Shown here: in pieces, positions 13,373-23,204 of the stretch
How positions within the stretch are numbered: the first letter of the stretch is position 1
Layout: each line of letters begins with the position of its first letter
Assembly (NCBI GenBank): GCA_965277625.1
Contig: OZ255827.1
Location: 1,608,550-1,672,549, forward strand
Reading direction: 5' to 3'
Length of the DNA: 64,000 nucleotides
Origin: Gammaproteobacteria bacterium
GTDB lineage: Bacteria > Pseudomonadota > Gammaproteobacteria > CAKMZV01
Program-made: the position numbers and the translations under genes
Notes under the pieces: generated by a model
The model's database searches: none
Told to the model about the DNA's origin: nothing
The model's input: only the letters and a program-made list of their open reading frames with translations

Positions 13373-13741
13373 ATGTACCGTACCAATGAACAACAACACA
13401 AATATCGTTTTAACACCCACGGTCCTAAATATTTAACAGTCGGTCCCAATGTGGATACGGGCATTGTGGTTATTACGCCAAACGAGCACCATCCTTGCCA
13501 TAAACACATGCATCAAGAAGAGGCTTTTTTGGTTTTAGAAGGTCAATGCGATGTTTGGGTCGATGGTGAATTGGTGGTGTTGAGTCAAGGCGATTATTTG
13601 CGCTGTGAACCAGGCGAAGCCCATTTTTTTGAAAACACCAGCGATAAAGACTTTAAAGCCGTGTTCACCAAAGCACCGCACTTAGAGCAAAAAGACAGCG
13701 TTTACATAGACTGGAAACCTGGGCAACCTTTCCCCAAATAA
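13373..13741 (+). CDS. Cupin-domain protein
   Basis: 122-aa ORF with cupin metal-binding motifs (HPCHKHMHQEEAFLVLEG ... GEAHFFEN). Confidence 0.65.
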   Translation: MYRTNEQQHKYRFNTHGPKYLTVGPNVDTGIVVITPNEHHPCHKHMHQEEAFLVLEGQCDVWVDGELVVLSQGDYLRCEPGEAHFFENTSDKDFKAVFTKAPHLEQKDSVYIDWKPGQPFPK

Positions 13742-13772
13742 GTCGTCGAATACTTAAACAGAACGAAGCAAT

Positions 13773-16079
13773 TTATTGCGCGTTCTCTTTATTGAGACTC
13801 GCATAAACTTGTTCAAAGGTGGCTGGTGCTGAAAGTTGTACCGCTTGTTTATCTGTGGCGTTATGGATGGCATTTTTTATCGCCAGCCAGACAGAAATGG
13901 CCAACATAAATGGTGGCTCACCCACAGCTTTGGATTTAAAAATCGTTGCCTCGTGATTGGAGGTATCGGGTTTGATTTTGACGTTAAAGCGTTTGGGTAG
14001 ATCGCCGATTGATGGAATTTTATAGGTGGAGGGCCCTCGTGTCAGCAGTGCCCCCGCATCGTTCCACTTCAACTCCTCCATGCACAACCAACCCATGCCT
14101 TGAATGAATCCGCCAACAATCTGGCCCAAATCAATGGCTGGATTGATTGATGCGCCAACATCGTGCAAAATATCGGCGGCAATCACTTTGTACTCACCCG
14201 TCAGCGTATCCAACACAACTTCACTGACACAGGCACCATAGGCGTAATAATAAAAAGGACGCCCTTTCGCAGTTTTGGGGTCATAATGAATTTTGGGTGT
14301 TTTATAAAAACCATTGCTAAACAACTCAACCCGATTTAAATAAGCCAAGTTAATGAAGTCGCTAAATGGCATGGTTTGATCACCAATGGTCACCACATCA
14401 TCTGCAAAATCAATCGCCGATTCTGGCACAGTAAAATGTTGACTGGCAAACGTCGTTAAACTGGCTTTGATTCTAAAACTGGCCACTTGGGCCGCCATAC
14501 CATTAATATCCGAACCCGATGAGGCCGCTGTTGCCGAGGTATTAGGCACTTTTTGGGTACTCGTCGCTGAAGACTTGACCCGTTCTACGTCCACGCCTAA
14601 ACTTTCAGCCACCACTTGGGCCACCTTAATGAATAAGCCCTGCCCCATTTCAGTGCCACCATGATTTAGATAAATGCTTCCATCTTTATAGACGTGAACC
14701 AAAGCACCCGCTTGGTTTAAAAAGGTGGTGGTGAAAGAGATCCCAAATTTTACTGGTGAGAAAGCCAAGCCTTTTTGTACAAAAGTATTTTGCTTGTTGA
14801 ACACCTCAACCTGTTCACGACGCTGACGATATTGACTGCTGTCGATCAAGTCGTCGCAAATGGCTTGCAAGATGTTATCTTCTATTTCCTGCCCATAATG
14901 GGTTACATTGGCGGGGGCTTGCGCATAAAAGTTCAATTGACGAACATCCAATGCATCTTTGTGTAAATATTGCGCAATGTCTTCGATGATGCTTTCTATG
15001 GCCAACATCCCTTGTGGTCCGCCAAAACCTCTGAATGCAGTATTTGACACTGTATTGGTTTTGCATAAATGTCCGGTAAAACTGGCATTGGGCAGGTAAT
15101 AGCCATTATCTGAATGAAACAATGTGCGCGAAACAATGGCATAGGATAGATCCAGCGAATAACCGCAACGCGCGCTCGCTTCAATCTTAACCCCTTGTAA
15201 TTTTCCAGCATCATCAAATCCAACTTGATATTGCATCAAAAAGTCATGCCTTTTGCCCGTCATTTGGAAATCTTCACTTCTTGGCAAGCGCACTTTGACT
15301 GCACGTCCTGTTTGCTTTGCCAGTAAAGCCGCTAAGCAAGCCATTTGAGCCCCATCGGTTTCCTTTCCGCCAAAACCACCCCCCATTCGACGGGTGATGA
15401 CTTCTACCGAATGCTGAGGCACAGCCAATACGTGCGCAACAAGGTGTTGCACTTCCGATGGATTTTGCGTTGAACAATGCACCACGACTTCATTTTTTTC
15501 ACTCGGTATGGCGAGGGTTGCTTGGGATTCCAAATAAAAATGTTCTTGTCCACCCACATAAAATTGGCCAGATAATTGATGGGTTGCGCCTTTGATTGCT
15601 TGCTCAGCATCGCCGACCTTCATGGTGATCGGATCCATTAAAAAACTCTGTTTTTCTAAAGCCTGTTCAACTGTAATGATTGGCTCCTGCGCACTAATAT
15701 CAGCTTGCACGAGCGCGGCTGCCCGCCTGGCATGGATTAAACTGTCGGCTAATACAGCACAAATCGCCTGCCCTTGAAAAAGGACTTCATCTTGAGCTAA
15801 CAGGGGTTCATCATGCTCTACAGGACCGATGAGAAGATGCTCAATGTCCTTGGCCAAAAGAATTTTGACCACACCCGGCGCAGACATTGCCGCCGTAATA
15901 TCAATGGCGTTTATCTTGCCGCAAGCCTGAGGGCTGAGCGCAAAAGCCAAGTGCAAACAGCCTTCGGGTGGCTGAATGTCATCTATATAATTTGCTGAAC
16001 CACAAACGTGCCCGACGGCACTATCGTGCGCTAAAGATTGACCAACAGTTTTGGTGGGTGGGCGTAATGCGTTCATCAT
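13773..16079 (-). CDS. xdhB: Xanthine dehydrogenase molybdopterin-binding subunit
   Basis: 768-aa ORF in the aldehyde oxidase/xanthine dehydrogenase a/b-hammerhead and Mo-pterin-binding family (GGGFGGKE, GQGL--K--Q). It sits immediately downstream of xdhA. Confidence 0.9.
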   Translation of the reverse strand: MMNALRPPTKTVGQSLAHDSAVGHVCGSANYIDDIQPPEGCLHLAFALSPQACGKINAIDITAAMSAPGVVKILLAKDIEHLLIGPVEHDEPLLAQDEVLFQGQAICAVLADSLIHARRAAALVQADISAQEPIITVEQALEKQSFLMDPITMKVGDAEQAIKGATHQLSGQFYVGGQEHFYLESQATLAIPSEKNEVVVHCSTQNPSEVQHLVAHVLAVPQHSVEVITRRMGGGFGGKETDGAQMACLAALLAKQTGRAVKVRLPRSEDFQMTGKRHDFLMQYQVGFDDAGKLQGVKIEASARCGYSLDLSYAIVSRTLFHSDNGYYLPNASFTGHLCKTNTVSNTAFRGFGGPQGMLAIESIIEDIAQYLHKDALDVRQLNFYAQAPANVTHYGQEIEDNILQAICDDLIDSSQYRQRREQVEVFNKQNTFVQKGLAFSPVKFGISFTTTFLNQAGALVHVYKDGSIYLNHGGTEMGQGLFIKVAQVVAESLGVDVERVKSSATSTQKVPNTSATAASSGSDINGMAAQVASFRIKASLTTFASQHFTVPESAIDFADDVVTIGDQTMPFSDFINLAYLNRVELFSNGFYKTPKIHYDPKTAKGRPFYYYAYGACVSEVVLDTLTGEYKVIAADILHDVGASINPAIDLGQIVGGFIQGMGWLCMEELKWNDAGALLTRGPSTYKIPSIGDLPKRFNVKIKPDTSNHEATIFKSKAVGEPPFMLAISVWLAIKNAIHNATDKQAVQLSAPATFEQVYASLNKENAQ

Positions 16080-16085
16080 ATCCTC

Positions 16086-17528
16086 TTAAAAATCACTAAT
16101 GGTTGGAACGGCCGTACCTTGCATTTCTAAGCGGTACTTTTGCAGCGCTTTGCAAACCATGGCTAATCGATATTGCGCTGAGGCACGCACATCGCTAAGC
16201 GGTTGAAAAGTCTCGCTCAAACTACGCGCTATGGCTGTTTCAAAATCAGAGTGTTGCCAAGTATCTATCAGTGCTTGTTCAACGGCTTCAGCGCGTTTAG
16301 GAATGCCTGCCATACCGCCTAAAGCCACAACAGCTTGCTTCAAGTCTCCGTCCTGCATTGTCAATTTGGCGGCAACAAATACCGTTGAAATATCATCTTC
16401 AATCCGTTTGGAAATTTTGGTCAACTTGAACTGCTCGTTGTCTTTGAGTTTTGGCAATACAACGCTTTGAATGAATTCACCCTGTTGTAGGGCTGTCTGC
16501 CTATAATCAAGAAAATACTGTTCTAAGGCTAAGCTTCTGGTCTCTTCCCCTTTGCGCAAAACCAAACTGGCACCCAAGGCAATGAATATGGGGGGGAGAT
16601 CGCCTATGGGAGAAGCATTGGCAATATTGCCACACACCGTTGCCCAATTCCTAATCTGGGTGGAGGCAAATCGGTACAGTATGGGCTCAATATTGGGATA
16701 GTGACGAACCAGAATCGACCACGCGTCCCTGAGACGTACGCCCGCATTTATTTCAATGCTTTGATCGTGCTCAACAATTTCTTGCAATTCAGTCACCGCG
16801 CTCAAAGAAATGATCGGACTGAATGTTTTTAAGGCTTGGGTTATTTCAAGATTTAAATCTGTGCCACCTGCCACCAATTTCCCTTGTGGATGCATTTGAA
16901 CGACTTTCGCCAAACTTTGTAAATCATTTGGCGCCATAAAATCAGCCATCTGGTCTGAATTTTGCCCACTCGTGTTCGATGTTTGCAGCAATTCAATGGT
17001 TTGTTGAATGTGCGTCTGGTAATAATCGGGCGTTTTCTGTTCAAAAGCAGAAACAACGGCGTTAATGATGGGCTGATAACCAGTACAACGACAGAGATTG
17101 CCTGCCAAACAAACCTCAATGTCGTGCGCTTCGACTTCAGATTGATTTTGATATAAGGCAAACATGGACATAACAAATCCAGGTGTACAAAACCCACACT
17201 GCGAACCATGGTGTTCAACCATCGCCTTTTGCACGGGATGTAATTGCGCCCCATCTGCCAAACCTTCAACGGTGACAAGGTGTTTGCCTGCCAATGACCC
17301 CATCAAAGCAATACAAGTATTGATACTCTTATAAACAAGAGTGGTCTTACCTTTGGCTTGCGTTTCCAGCTCACCGACCACGGCGGTGCAAGCGCCACAA
17401 TCACCTGAAGCACAAGCTTCTTTGGTGCCTGTTAAACCACGACCTCTTAAGTATTCCAGTACGGTTGTGCCCGCAAAATCATTGGTGATTTGGGTCGTTG
17501 ATTGCTCTCTGTTTAATAAATAATACAT
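16086..17528 (-). CDS. xdhA: Xanthine dehydrogenase small subunit (2Fe-2S and FAD-binding)
   Basis: 480-aa ORF with N-terminal ferredoxin-like Cys clusters (CASGDCGACT, CGFCTPG, CRCTGY) and an FAD-binding domain in the CO-dehydrogenase flavoprotein family. Confidence 0.9.
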   Translation of the reverse strand: MYYLLNREQSTTQITNDFAGTTVLEYLRGRGLTGTKEACASGDCGACTAVVGELETQAKGKTTLVYKSINTCIALMGSLAGKHLVTVEGLADGAQLHPVQKAMVEHHGSQCGFCTPGFVMSMFALYQNQSEVEAHDIEVCLAGNLCRCTGYQPIINAVVSAFEQKTPDYYQTHIQQTIELLQTSNTSGQNSDQMADFMAPNDLQSLAKVVQMHPQGKLVAGGTDLNLEITQALKTFSPIISLSAVTELQEIVEHDQSIEINAGVRLRDAWSILVRHYPNIEPILYRFASTQIRNWATVCGNIANASPIGDLPPIFIALGASLVLRKGEETRSLALEQYFLDYRQTALQQGEFIQSVVLPKLKDNEQFKLTKISKRIEDDISTVFVAAKLTMQDGDLKQAVVALGGMAGIPKRAEAVEQALIDTWQHSDFETAIARSLSETFQPLSDVRASAQYRLAMVCKALQKYRLEMQGTAVPTISDF

Positions 17529-17592
17529 AAGCTTTTATGCGCGTCCTTTCTGCTATTATACCCCTGATTGCAAAACAGACAAATCGATGCGT

Positions 17593-18885
17593 TCACACGG
17601 CTTCCATGGTCGCTAATTCGCCCATGATATAGACCGATTGGATGGCACGATCATCTCCTAACACCATCAGTGAAAACAATATCTCGTCGATGGTTTGAGT
17701 TGTTGCCATTTTTTCACGCACCAATTCGGTAGCTGCTAAATCAAACACAATAAAATCGGCTTCCTTATTAGGTTCAAAATTGCCAATCCTATCCTCTAAT
17801 CCAATGACCTTGGCGCCAGCTAAGGTTGATAAATAATAGGCTTTGACTGGTGGCAGGTCAACATTGTTCAATTTGCTGATTTTATAGGCTTCGTGCATGG
17901 TTTGCAGCATTGAAAAATCAGTGCCGCCACCCACATCACTCGCCAAAGCGCAATCAATATGGTATGACTCTAAGGTGTCCAAATTAAACAACCCACTGCC
18001 TAAAAATAAATTGGAGGTTGGGCACAAAGCGATCTTTGACCCACTGTCGCCCATACGTTGAAGTTCAGCGGGCGTGTTATGAATACAGTGGCCAAATACG
18101 CTTTGCGCGCCGCTCAAACCGTAATGGTCATAAACGTCAAAGTAACTGCTTCGCTGAGGATAAAGTTCTTTCACCCAGGCAATCTCATCAATATTTTCAT
18201 TCATGTGCGTTTGACAACGCACACCTGCCGCTTTATATTCGTTCAAGAGTTGTGCAGATTTTTGCAATTGTTGTGCCGTTGAAGTCGGCGCAAAACGGGG
18301 CGTGACGGCATAACTTAAGCGATCTTTACCGTGCCATTTCTCTAACAGGTTTTTAGAGTCTTCATAACCCAATTCAGGGTTGTCACAAAGGGCTTCAGGG
18401 GCATTTCTATCCATCATAACCTTGCCCCCGATCATGCGTAAATTTCGGCGTTGTGCCTCTTCGAAATAGGCGTCCACCGAGTTAGGATGTGAGGTGCAAA
18501 ACGACATGGCGGTCGTGGTGCCATTGCGTACCAATTCATTAAAAAACAATTTGGCAATACGCTCTGCATAAGCTTTTTCAGCAAATTTTTGTTCTTCAAC
18601 AAAGGTGTAGATGTTGAGCCAATCTAATAATTTTTTGCCGTAAGAACCAATGATTTTATACTGTGGATAGTGCAAATGAACATCGACAAAACCAGGTGCG
18701 ATAAGATTATTATCAAAATGTTTGACGGGCAAATCCTTAGGCAGTTGATCCTTCAATTGATCAAAGCGACCCGCCTTGACGACCTTTCCTTGTGATACAA
18801 GCAATAGCCCATCATCGTAATATTCAGGATAAACGGTACCGGCTTTTTCTATACAGTGAAATATTGCTGATCGAAATGCTTGCAT
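17593..18885 (-). CDS. guaD: Guanine deaminase
   Basis: 430-aa amidohydrolase with metal-binding HxH (VDVHLHY) and the overall guanine-deaminase pattern. It is co-oriented with xdhA-xdhB and lies upstream of them. Confidence 0.8.
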   Translation of the reverse strand: MQAFRSAIFHCIEKAGTVYPEYYDDGLLLVSQGKVVKAGRFDQLKDQLPKDLPVKHFDNNLIAPGFVDVHLHYPQYKIIGSYGKKLLDWLNIYTFVEEQKFAEKAYAERIAKLFFNELVRNGTTTAMSFCTSHPNSVDAYFEEAQRRNLRMIGGKVMMDRNAPEALCDNPELGYEDSKNLLEKWHGKDRLSYAVTPRFAPTSTAQQLQKSAQLLNEYKAAGVRCQTHMNENIDEIAWVKELYPQRSSYFDVYDHYGLSGAQSVFGHCIHNTPAELQRMGDSGSKIALCPTSNLFLGSGLFNLDTLESYHIDCALASDVGGGTDFSMLQTMHEAYKISKLNNVDLPPVKAYYLSTLAGAKVIGLEDRIGNFEPNKEADFIVFDLAATELVREKMATTQTIDEILFSLMVLGDDRAIQSVYIMGELATMEAV

Positions 18886-19162
18886 TGAGAAATTGAACCT
18901 TTTATGTATAAATCTTACATTTGATTTTATTATAAAAGACGGGTGATGGGTTACACTTTTAAATACACCACAAACTTGTCAATGATTGTTTTATTTCATG
19001 TTCATCGCAGCTCTCAAGCGCAATACATCAATGCCTGTAAACTCAATGAGCAAGTTCGGTCGTGTATCTTATATATCAGATCATTCGTTGATTCATTGAA
19101 ATAGTGATCACGACATAGCCACTGACCAAGCATTGTTGCATTATGACTGTGACAGCTTAGCC

Positions 19163-19696
19163 TCAGTGCAAAGAGGTGGATGCCATATCAGTCTGCCTAT
19201 TCTCGTAGTTATAAACCACATTCATCCGAACATACTCTAATAGCTCCATAAAATCACGCTCGTTCATTTCAGCCTCTTGTTCCAAAGCATTGGGGTCGAT
19301 GTTTTGACTGGCGAGGTTGATATCCCCCAAGATTTCTAAAAAGGCTTCGGTTTCTGGATCTTGAACCTGAACGGTTGCCACGCCTGAAGCACAGAATGCC
19401 ATTAGAAAACCTTCTGTCCAATTGCTGAAATTTTGCACGCGTTCTGCCAAAGCCTCCTCATCATCTTGTTGCGGCAATTGAAAATCAACCTCGCCAATTT
19501 CACTTTTGATTTCTTGTAACCAGTCCGCCAAACCGTCGATCTCCTTCTTAGAACAACGACAATCTTTGCCAACCAATTCATTGACCCAATCAGCGATCTT
19601 ACGCTCATCATTAAAAATAATTTTTCCACACAATGCGCCGTGAAGCCAGCACAAATTGGTTATTATGTCGATGCGTTGTATGAGTTGATGTATCAT
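19163..19696 (-). CDS. UPF0149 (YgfB-like) family protein
   Basis: 177-aa acidic protein. Size and pattern resemble the YgfB/UPF0149 family. No catalytic motifs. Confidence 0.5.
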   Translation of the reverse strand: MIHQLIQRIDIITNLCWLHGALCGKIIFNDERKIADWVNELVGKDCRCSKKEIDGLADWLQEIKSEIGEVDFQLPQQDDEEALAERVQNFSNWTEGFLMAFCASGVATVQVQDPETEAFLEILGDINLASQNIDPNALEQEAEMNERDFMELLEYVRMNVVYNYENRQTDMASTSLH

Positions 19697-19937
19697 GGTT
19701 TTTGAATGATTTGAATATTGTTAATATGGGAAAATAGCGACGCTATTAAGCCTCTGTATCGGCTTAAATCGCACATTTGCATGGCTATTTTATATTGTTT
19801 ATTGCGCGATGATGGGTCTTTTATTTTCAACGCGCCGATCGCATATATTGTTGGTCAGGCGTGTCGTCATTACTGAATTTATACCGCCAAAAGGTTATAA
19901 TACTCGTTCACTTTGACCACCACACAACCGAACAATC

Positions 19938-20225
19938 ATGACAATAACCCCTGAAGAATTAAGCACTGTTGCCGCATTAGCAAAATTGGACATTTCAGCC
20001 GAAGAATTGCCCAATTATATGGATCAAATCAATGGCGTACTAAGGCTGATCCAAAACATGCAAGCAGTCAATACCGATGATATTGAACCCCTATCGCACC
20101 CTTTAGAGTTACAACAACGATTGCGTGAAGATGTGGTGAGCGAGACCAATCAGAGAGATGCTTTGCAAGCGATTGCGCCTGAAACTGCCGCTGGACTCTA
20201 TTTGGTCCCTAAGGTGATAGAGTAA
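19938..20225 (+). CDS. gatC: Asp-tRNA(Asn)/Glu-tRNA(Gln) amidotransferase subunit C
   Basis: 95-aa ORF that matches GatC and is followed directly by gatA and gatB. Confidence 0.9.
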   Translation: MTITPEELSTVAALAKLDISAEELPNYMDQINGVLRLIQNMQAVNTDDIEPLSHPLELQQRLREDVVSETNQRDALQAIAPETAAGLYLVPKVIE

Positions 20226-20286
20226 TTCGCTGAATCGATTCAAACAATTCTTAATAAACTTAAAAACGTAATCAAACGCGACATTT

Positions 20287-21744
20287 ATGCTCCAAAATCA
20301 TTCTTTATCTGAGCTTTCTCAGGCGCTTAAAACCAAAAAAATCAGCAGCACAGAGTTGACTCAGTTTTTCCTTGATCGTTGCACGAGCCACCAATCGCTC
20401 AATGCATTTATTCGGCTCACGCCCGAGCACGCACTGGCTCAAGCTGCTGAGGCAGATAAAGCTATTGCGGCTGGCAATGCCTCTGATTTATGCGGCATCC
20501 CAATTGCCCACAAAGACATATTTTGCACCAAGGACATCACAACGACCTGTGGCTCCAACATCCTGAACAATTTTAAACCGCCCTATGATGCCACCGTTGT
20601 TGCGCAAACCAACGCCCATCATATGCCCTTACTGGGCAAGGCCAACTGCGATGAATTTGCCATGGGCTCTTCCAATGAAAACTCCTATTACGGTTGTGCG
20701 CACAACCCTTGGCACACCGACTACGTGCCGGGTGGCTCTTCAGGTGGTTCGGCCGTGGCCGTGGCCGCGCGCATCGCGCCCATTGCAACAGGTACCGACA
20801 CGGGCGGTTCCATACGTCAGCCCGCTGCCTTTTGTGGCATCACAGGACTGAAACCGACTTACGGCTCAGTTTCACGCTACGGTATGGTCGCCTATGCGTC
20901 GAGTTTTGACCAAGGTGGACCCATGGGTCGAAGTGCCGAAGACTGCGCCATGCTCTATGACGCCATTCAAGGATTTGATGCAAAAGATTCGACTTCGGTT
21001 GACCGGGACTACAAACCGACCATAACGCAATTAAATGCGGCTATTAAAGGCAAGAAAATCGGCATTCCACGGGCATTAATGTCTGAAGGATTGCAACCTT
21101 GCATTGCTGAGGCCATTGAAAAAAATCTCGCTGATCTCACTGACATGGGGCTGGAATTGGTCGATATTGACCTGCCCAACATCAAATTGTCTTTGCCCGC
21201 ATACTACGTCTTAGCACCAGCAGAAGCCTCGTCCAATTTGTCTCGTTACGATGGCGTACGCTACGGTCAGCGTTGTCAGGACCCCAAGGATCTGGATGAT
21301 TTATATAAGCGCTCACGCTCAGAAGGTTTTGGAGACGAAGTGAAGCGCCGAATCATTGTCGGCACCTATGCCTTATCAGCCGGTTATTACGATGCCTATT
21401 ACATCAAAGCACAAAAATTGCGACGCATGATTGCCGATGATTTCCGCCAAGCTTTTGAATCCGTTGATGTGATTTACTTGCCGACAACGCCCAATACAGC
21501 GTTTAAAATCGGCAGCATCAATAACGACCCTGTGACCATGTATTTACAAGATATATTCACCATCCCCGTCAATCTTTGCGGCCTGCCTGCACTCAATTTC
21601 CCCATAGGATTTGATCAAGGTTTACCCATAGGGGCTCAGCTGATTGGCAATTATTTCTCTGAAGCCAATCTGCTCAACATTGCCCACCAATATCAGCAAA
21701 CCAGCGATTGGCATCAACAAGCACCAGAAGAGATTCAATCATGA
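20287..21744 (+). CDS. gatA: Glu-tRNA(Gln) amidotransferase subunit A
   Basis: 485-aa ORF with the amidase signature ([13 protein letters not shown], Ser-cisSer-Lys triad context). Confidence 0.95.
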   Translation: MLQNHSLSELSQALKTKKISSTELTQFFLDRCTSHQSLNAFIRLTPEHALAQAAEADKAIAAGNASDLCGIPIAHKDIFCTKDITTTCGSNILNNFKPPYDATVVAQTNAHHMPLLGKANCDEFAMGSSNENSYYGCAHNPWHTDYVPGGSSGGSAVAVAARIAPIATGTDTGGSIRQPAAFCGITGLKPTYGSVSRYGMVAYASSFDQGGPMGRSAEDCAMLYDAIQGFDAKDSTSVDRDYKPTITQLNAAIKGKKIGIPRALMSEGLQPCIAEAIEKNLADLTDMGLELVDIDLPNIKLSLPAYYVLAPAEASSNLSRYDGVRYGQRCQDPKDLDDLYKRSRSEGFGDEVKRRIIVGTYALSAGYYDAYYIKAQKLRRMIADDFRQAFESVDVIYLPTTPNTAFKIGSINNDPVTMYLQDIFTIPVNLCGLPALNFPIGFDQGLPIGAQLIGNYFSEANLLNIAHQYQQTSDWHQQAPEEIQS

Positions 21745-23180
21745 ATTGGGAAATCGTTATTGGATTAGAAGTCCATGCACAGCTGCGCACCAAAACCAAA
21801 ATATTTTCGGGTGCATCAATTGCATTTGGCGCATTGCCAAACACCCAAGCCTGTGCCATTGATTTGGGCATGCCTGGCATGTTGCCTGTGTTAAATAAAG
21901 AAGCGCTGAGCATGGCGGTGAAATTTGGCTTGGCCGTTGGCGCCGACATTTCACCCATTTCGGTTTTTGCTCGAAAAAATTATTTCTACCCCGATTTACC
22001 CAAAGGTTATCAAATATCACAATTTGAACTGCCCATCGTAGGCAAAGGATCGATCGATGTTGAAGTTGCCGATGGGGTTACCAAGACCATCGGTATTACG
22101 CGAGCGCATCTCGAAGAGGACGCGGGCAAATCATTGCATGAAGACTTTCACAATCAATCGGGCATCGATTTAAATCGAGCTGGCACCCCTTTGTTAGAGA
22201 TTGTGTCTGAGCCTGACATGCGTTCCCCTGAAGAAGCCATTGCTTATGCCAAAAAAATACATACCGTTGTGCAATATCTGGGCATTTGTGATGGCAATAT
22301 GCAGGAAGGTTCTTTTCGCATTGATGCAAACATATCTCTGCATCAACCCAATACGCCCCTCGGTACGCGCGCTGAGTTAAAAAACATCAATTCATTCCGC
22401 TTTTTAGAAAAGGCCCTCTGGTATGAAATTGATCGGCAGCGCGATTTATTAGAAAACAATCAAGTGGTTGTTCAAGAAACCCGCCTATACGATGCAGAGA
22501 AAGATGAAACTCGATCGATGCGGACCAAGGAGGAAGCCAATGACTATCGTTACTTCCCTGATCCAGATTTATTGCCCGTGCAAATGACGTCCGAGCAAAT
22601 CAAATCCATTCTATCAACCATGCCTGAACTGCCTGATGCACGAAAAGCGCGTTTTCAAGAAGAATATGGCTTGTCCTTCTACGATGCCGATGTGTTAACA
22701 GCAAACAAAGACATGGCCGATTTCTATGAAGCCACCCTCAAACAATCTGGTGTGAAAGCCAAATTGTGCGCCAACTGGATTATGGGGGATTTTTCAGGCA
22801 ATCTCAATAAAGCGCATTTAACATTGGCCGAAAGCCCCATCTCTGCCACACAGATGGCCTTGCTACTCAAGCGTATTGAGGACGCAACCATTTCTGGCAA
22901 ACTTGCCAAAGAGGTGTTTGAGGCCATGTGGGCGGGTGAAGGCAGTGCCGATGAGGTCATCAACAGCAAAGGACTCAAACAAATCACCGACGACTCTGCC
23001 ATAGAGCAAGTCATCTTAGAGATTATGGCCAACAATCCAAATCAACTGGCTGAATATCGATCTGGAAAGGATAAATTATTTGGTTTCTTTGTGGGTCAGG
23101 TGATGAAAGCCACCCAAGGCAAAGCCAATCCTGCACAAGTCAATCAGCTACTGAAATCTAAATTGTCAGCAGATCAGTAA
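21741..23180 (+). CDS. gatB: Asp-tRNA(Asn)/Glu-tRNA(Gln) amidotransferase subunit B
   Basis: Start [15 protein letters not shown] overlaps the gatA stop (ATGA). GatB/GatE catalytic domain plus a C-terminal YqeY-like domain. Confidence 0.95.
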   Translation: MNWEIVIGLEVHAQLRTKTKIFSGASIAFGALPNTQACAIDLGMPGMLPVLNKEALSMAVKFGLAVGADISPISVFARKNYFYPDLPKGYQISQFELPIVGKGSIDVEVADGVTKTIGITRAHLEEDAGKSLHEDFHNQSGIDLNRAGTPLLEIVSEPDMRSPEEAIAYAKKIHTVVQYLGICDGNMQEGSFRIDANISLHQPNTPLGTRAELKNINSFRFLEKALWYEIDRQRDLLENNQVVVQETRLYDAEKDETRSMRTKEEANDYRYFPDPDLLPVQMTSEQIKSILSTMPELPDARKARFQEEYGLSFYDADVLTANKDMADFYEATLKQSGVKAKLCANWIMGDFSGNLNKAHLTLAESPISATQMALLLKRIEDATISGKLAKEVFEAMWAGEGSADEVINSKGLKQITDDSAIEQVILEIMANNPNQLAEYRSGKDKLFGFFVGQVMKATQGKANPAQVNQLLKSKLSADQ

Positions 23181-23204
23181 AAATGTTTTTGAATTGATAG
23201 GCAA

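Noticed and set aside
20573-20909. Several Arg/Pro-rich ORFs (71-88 aa) on both strands
   Set aside because: They are alternative frames of a locally GC-rich part of gatA, and their low-complexity, Arg-rich composition is typical of out-of-frame translation.
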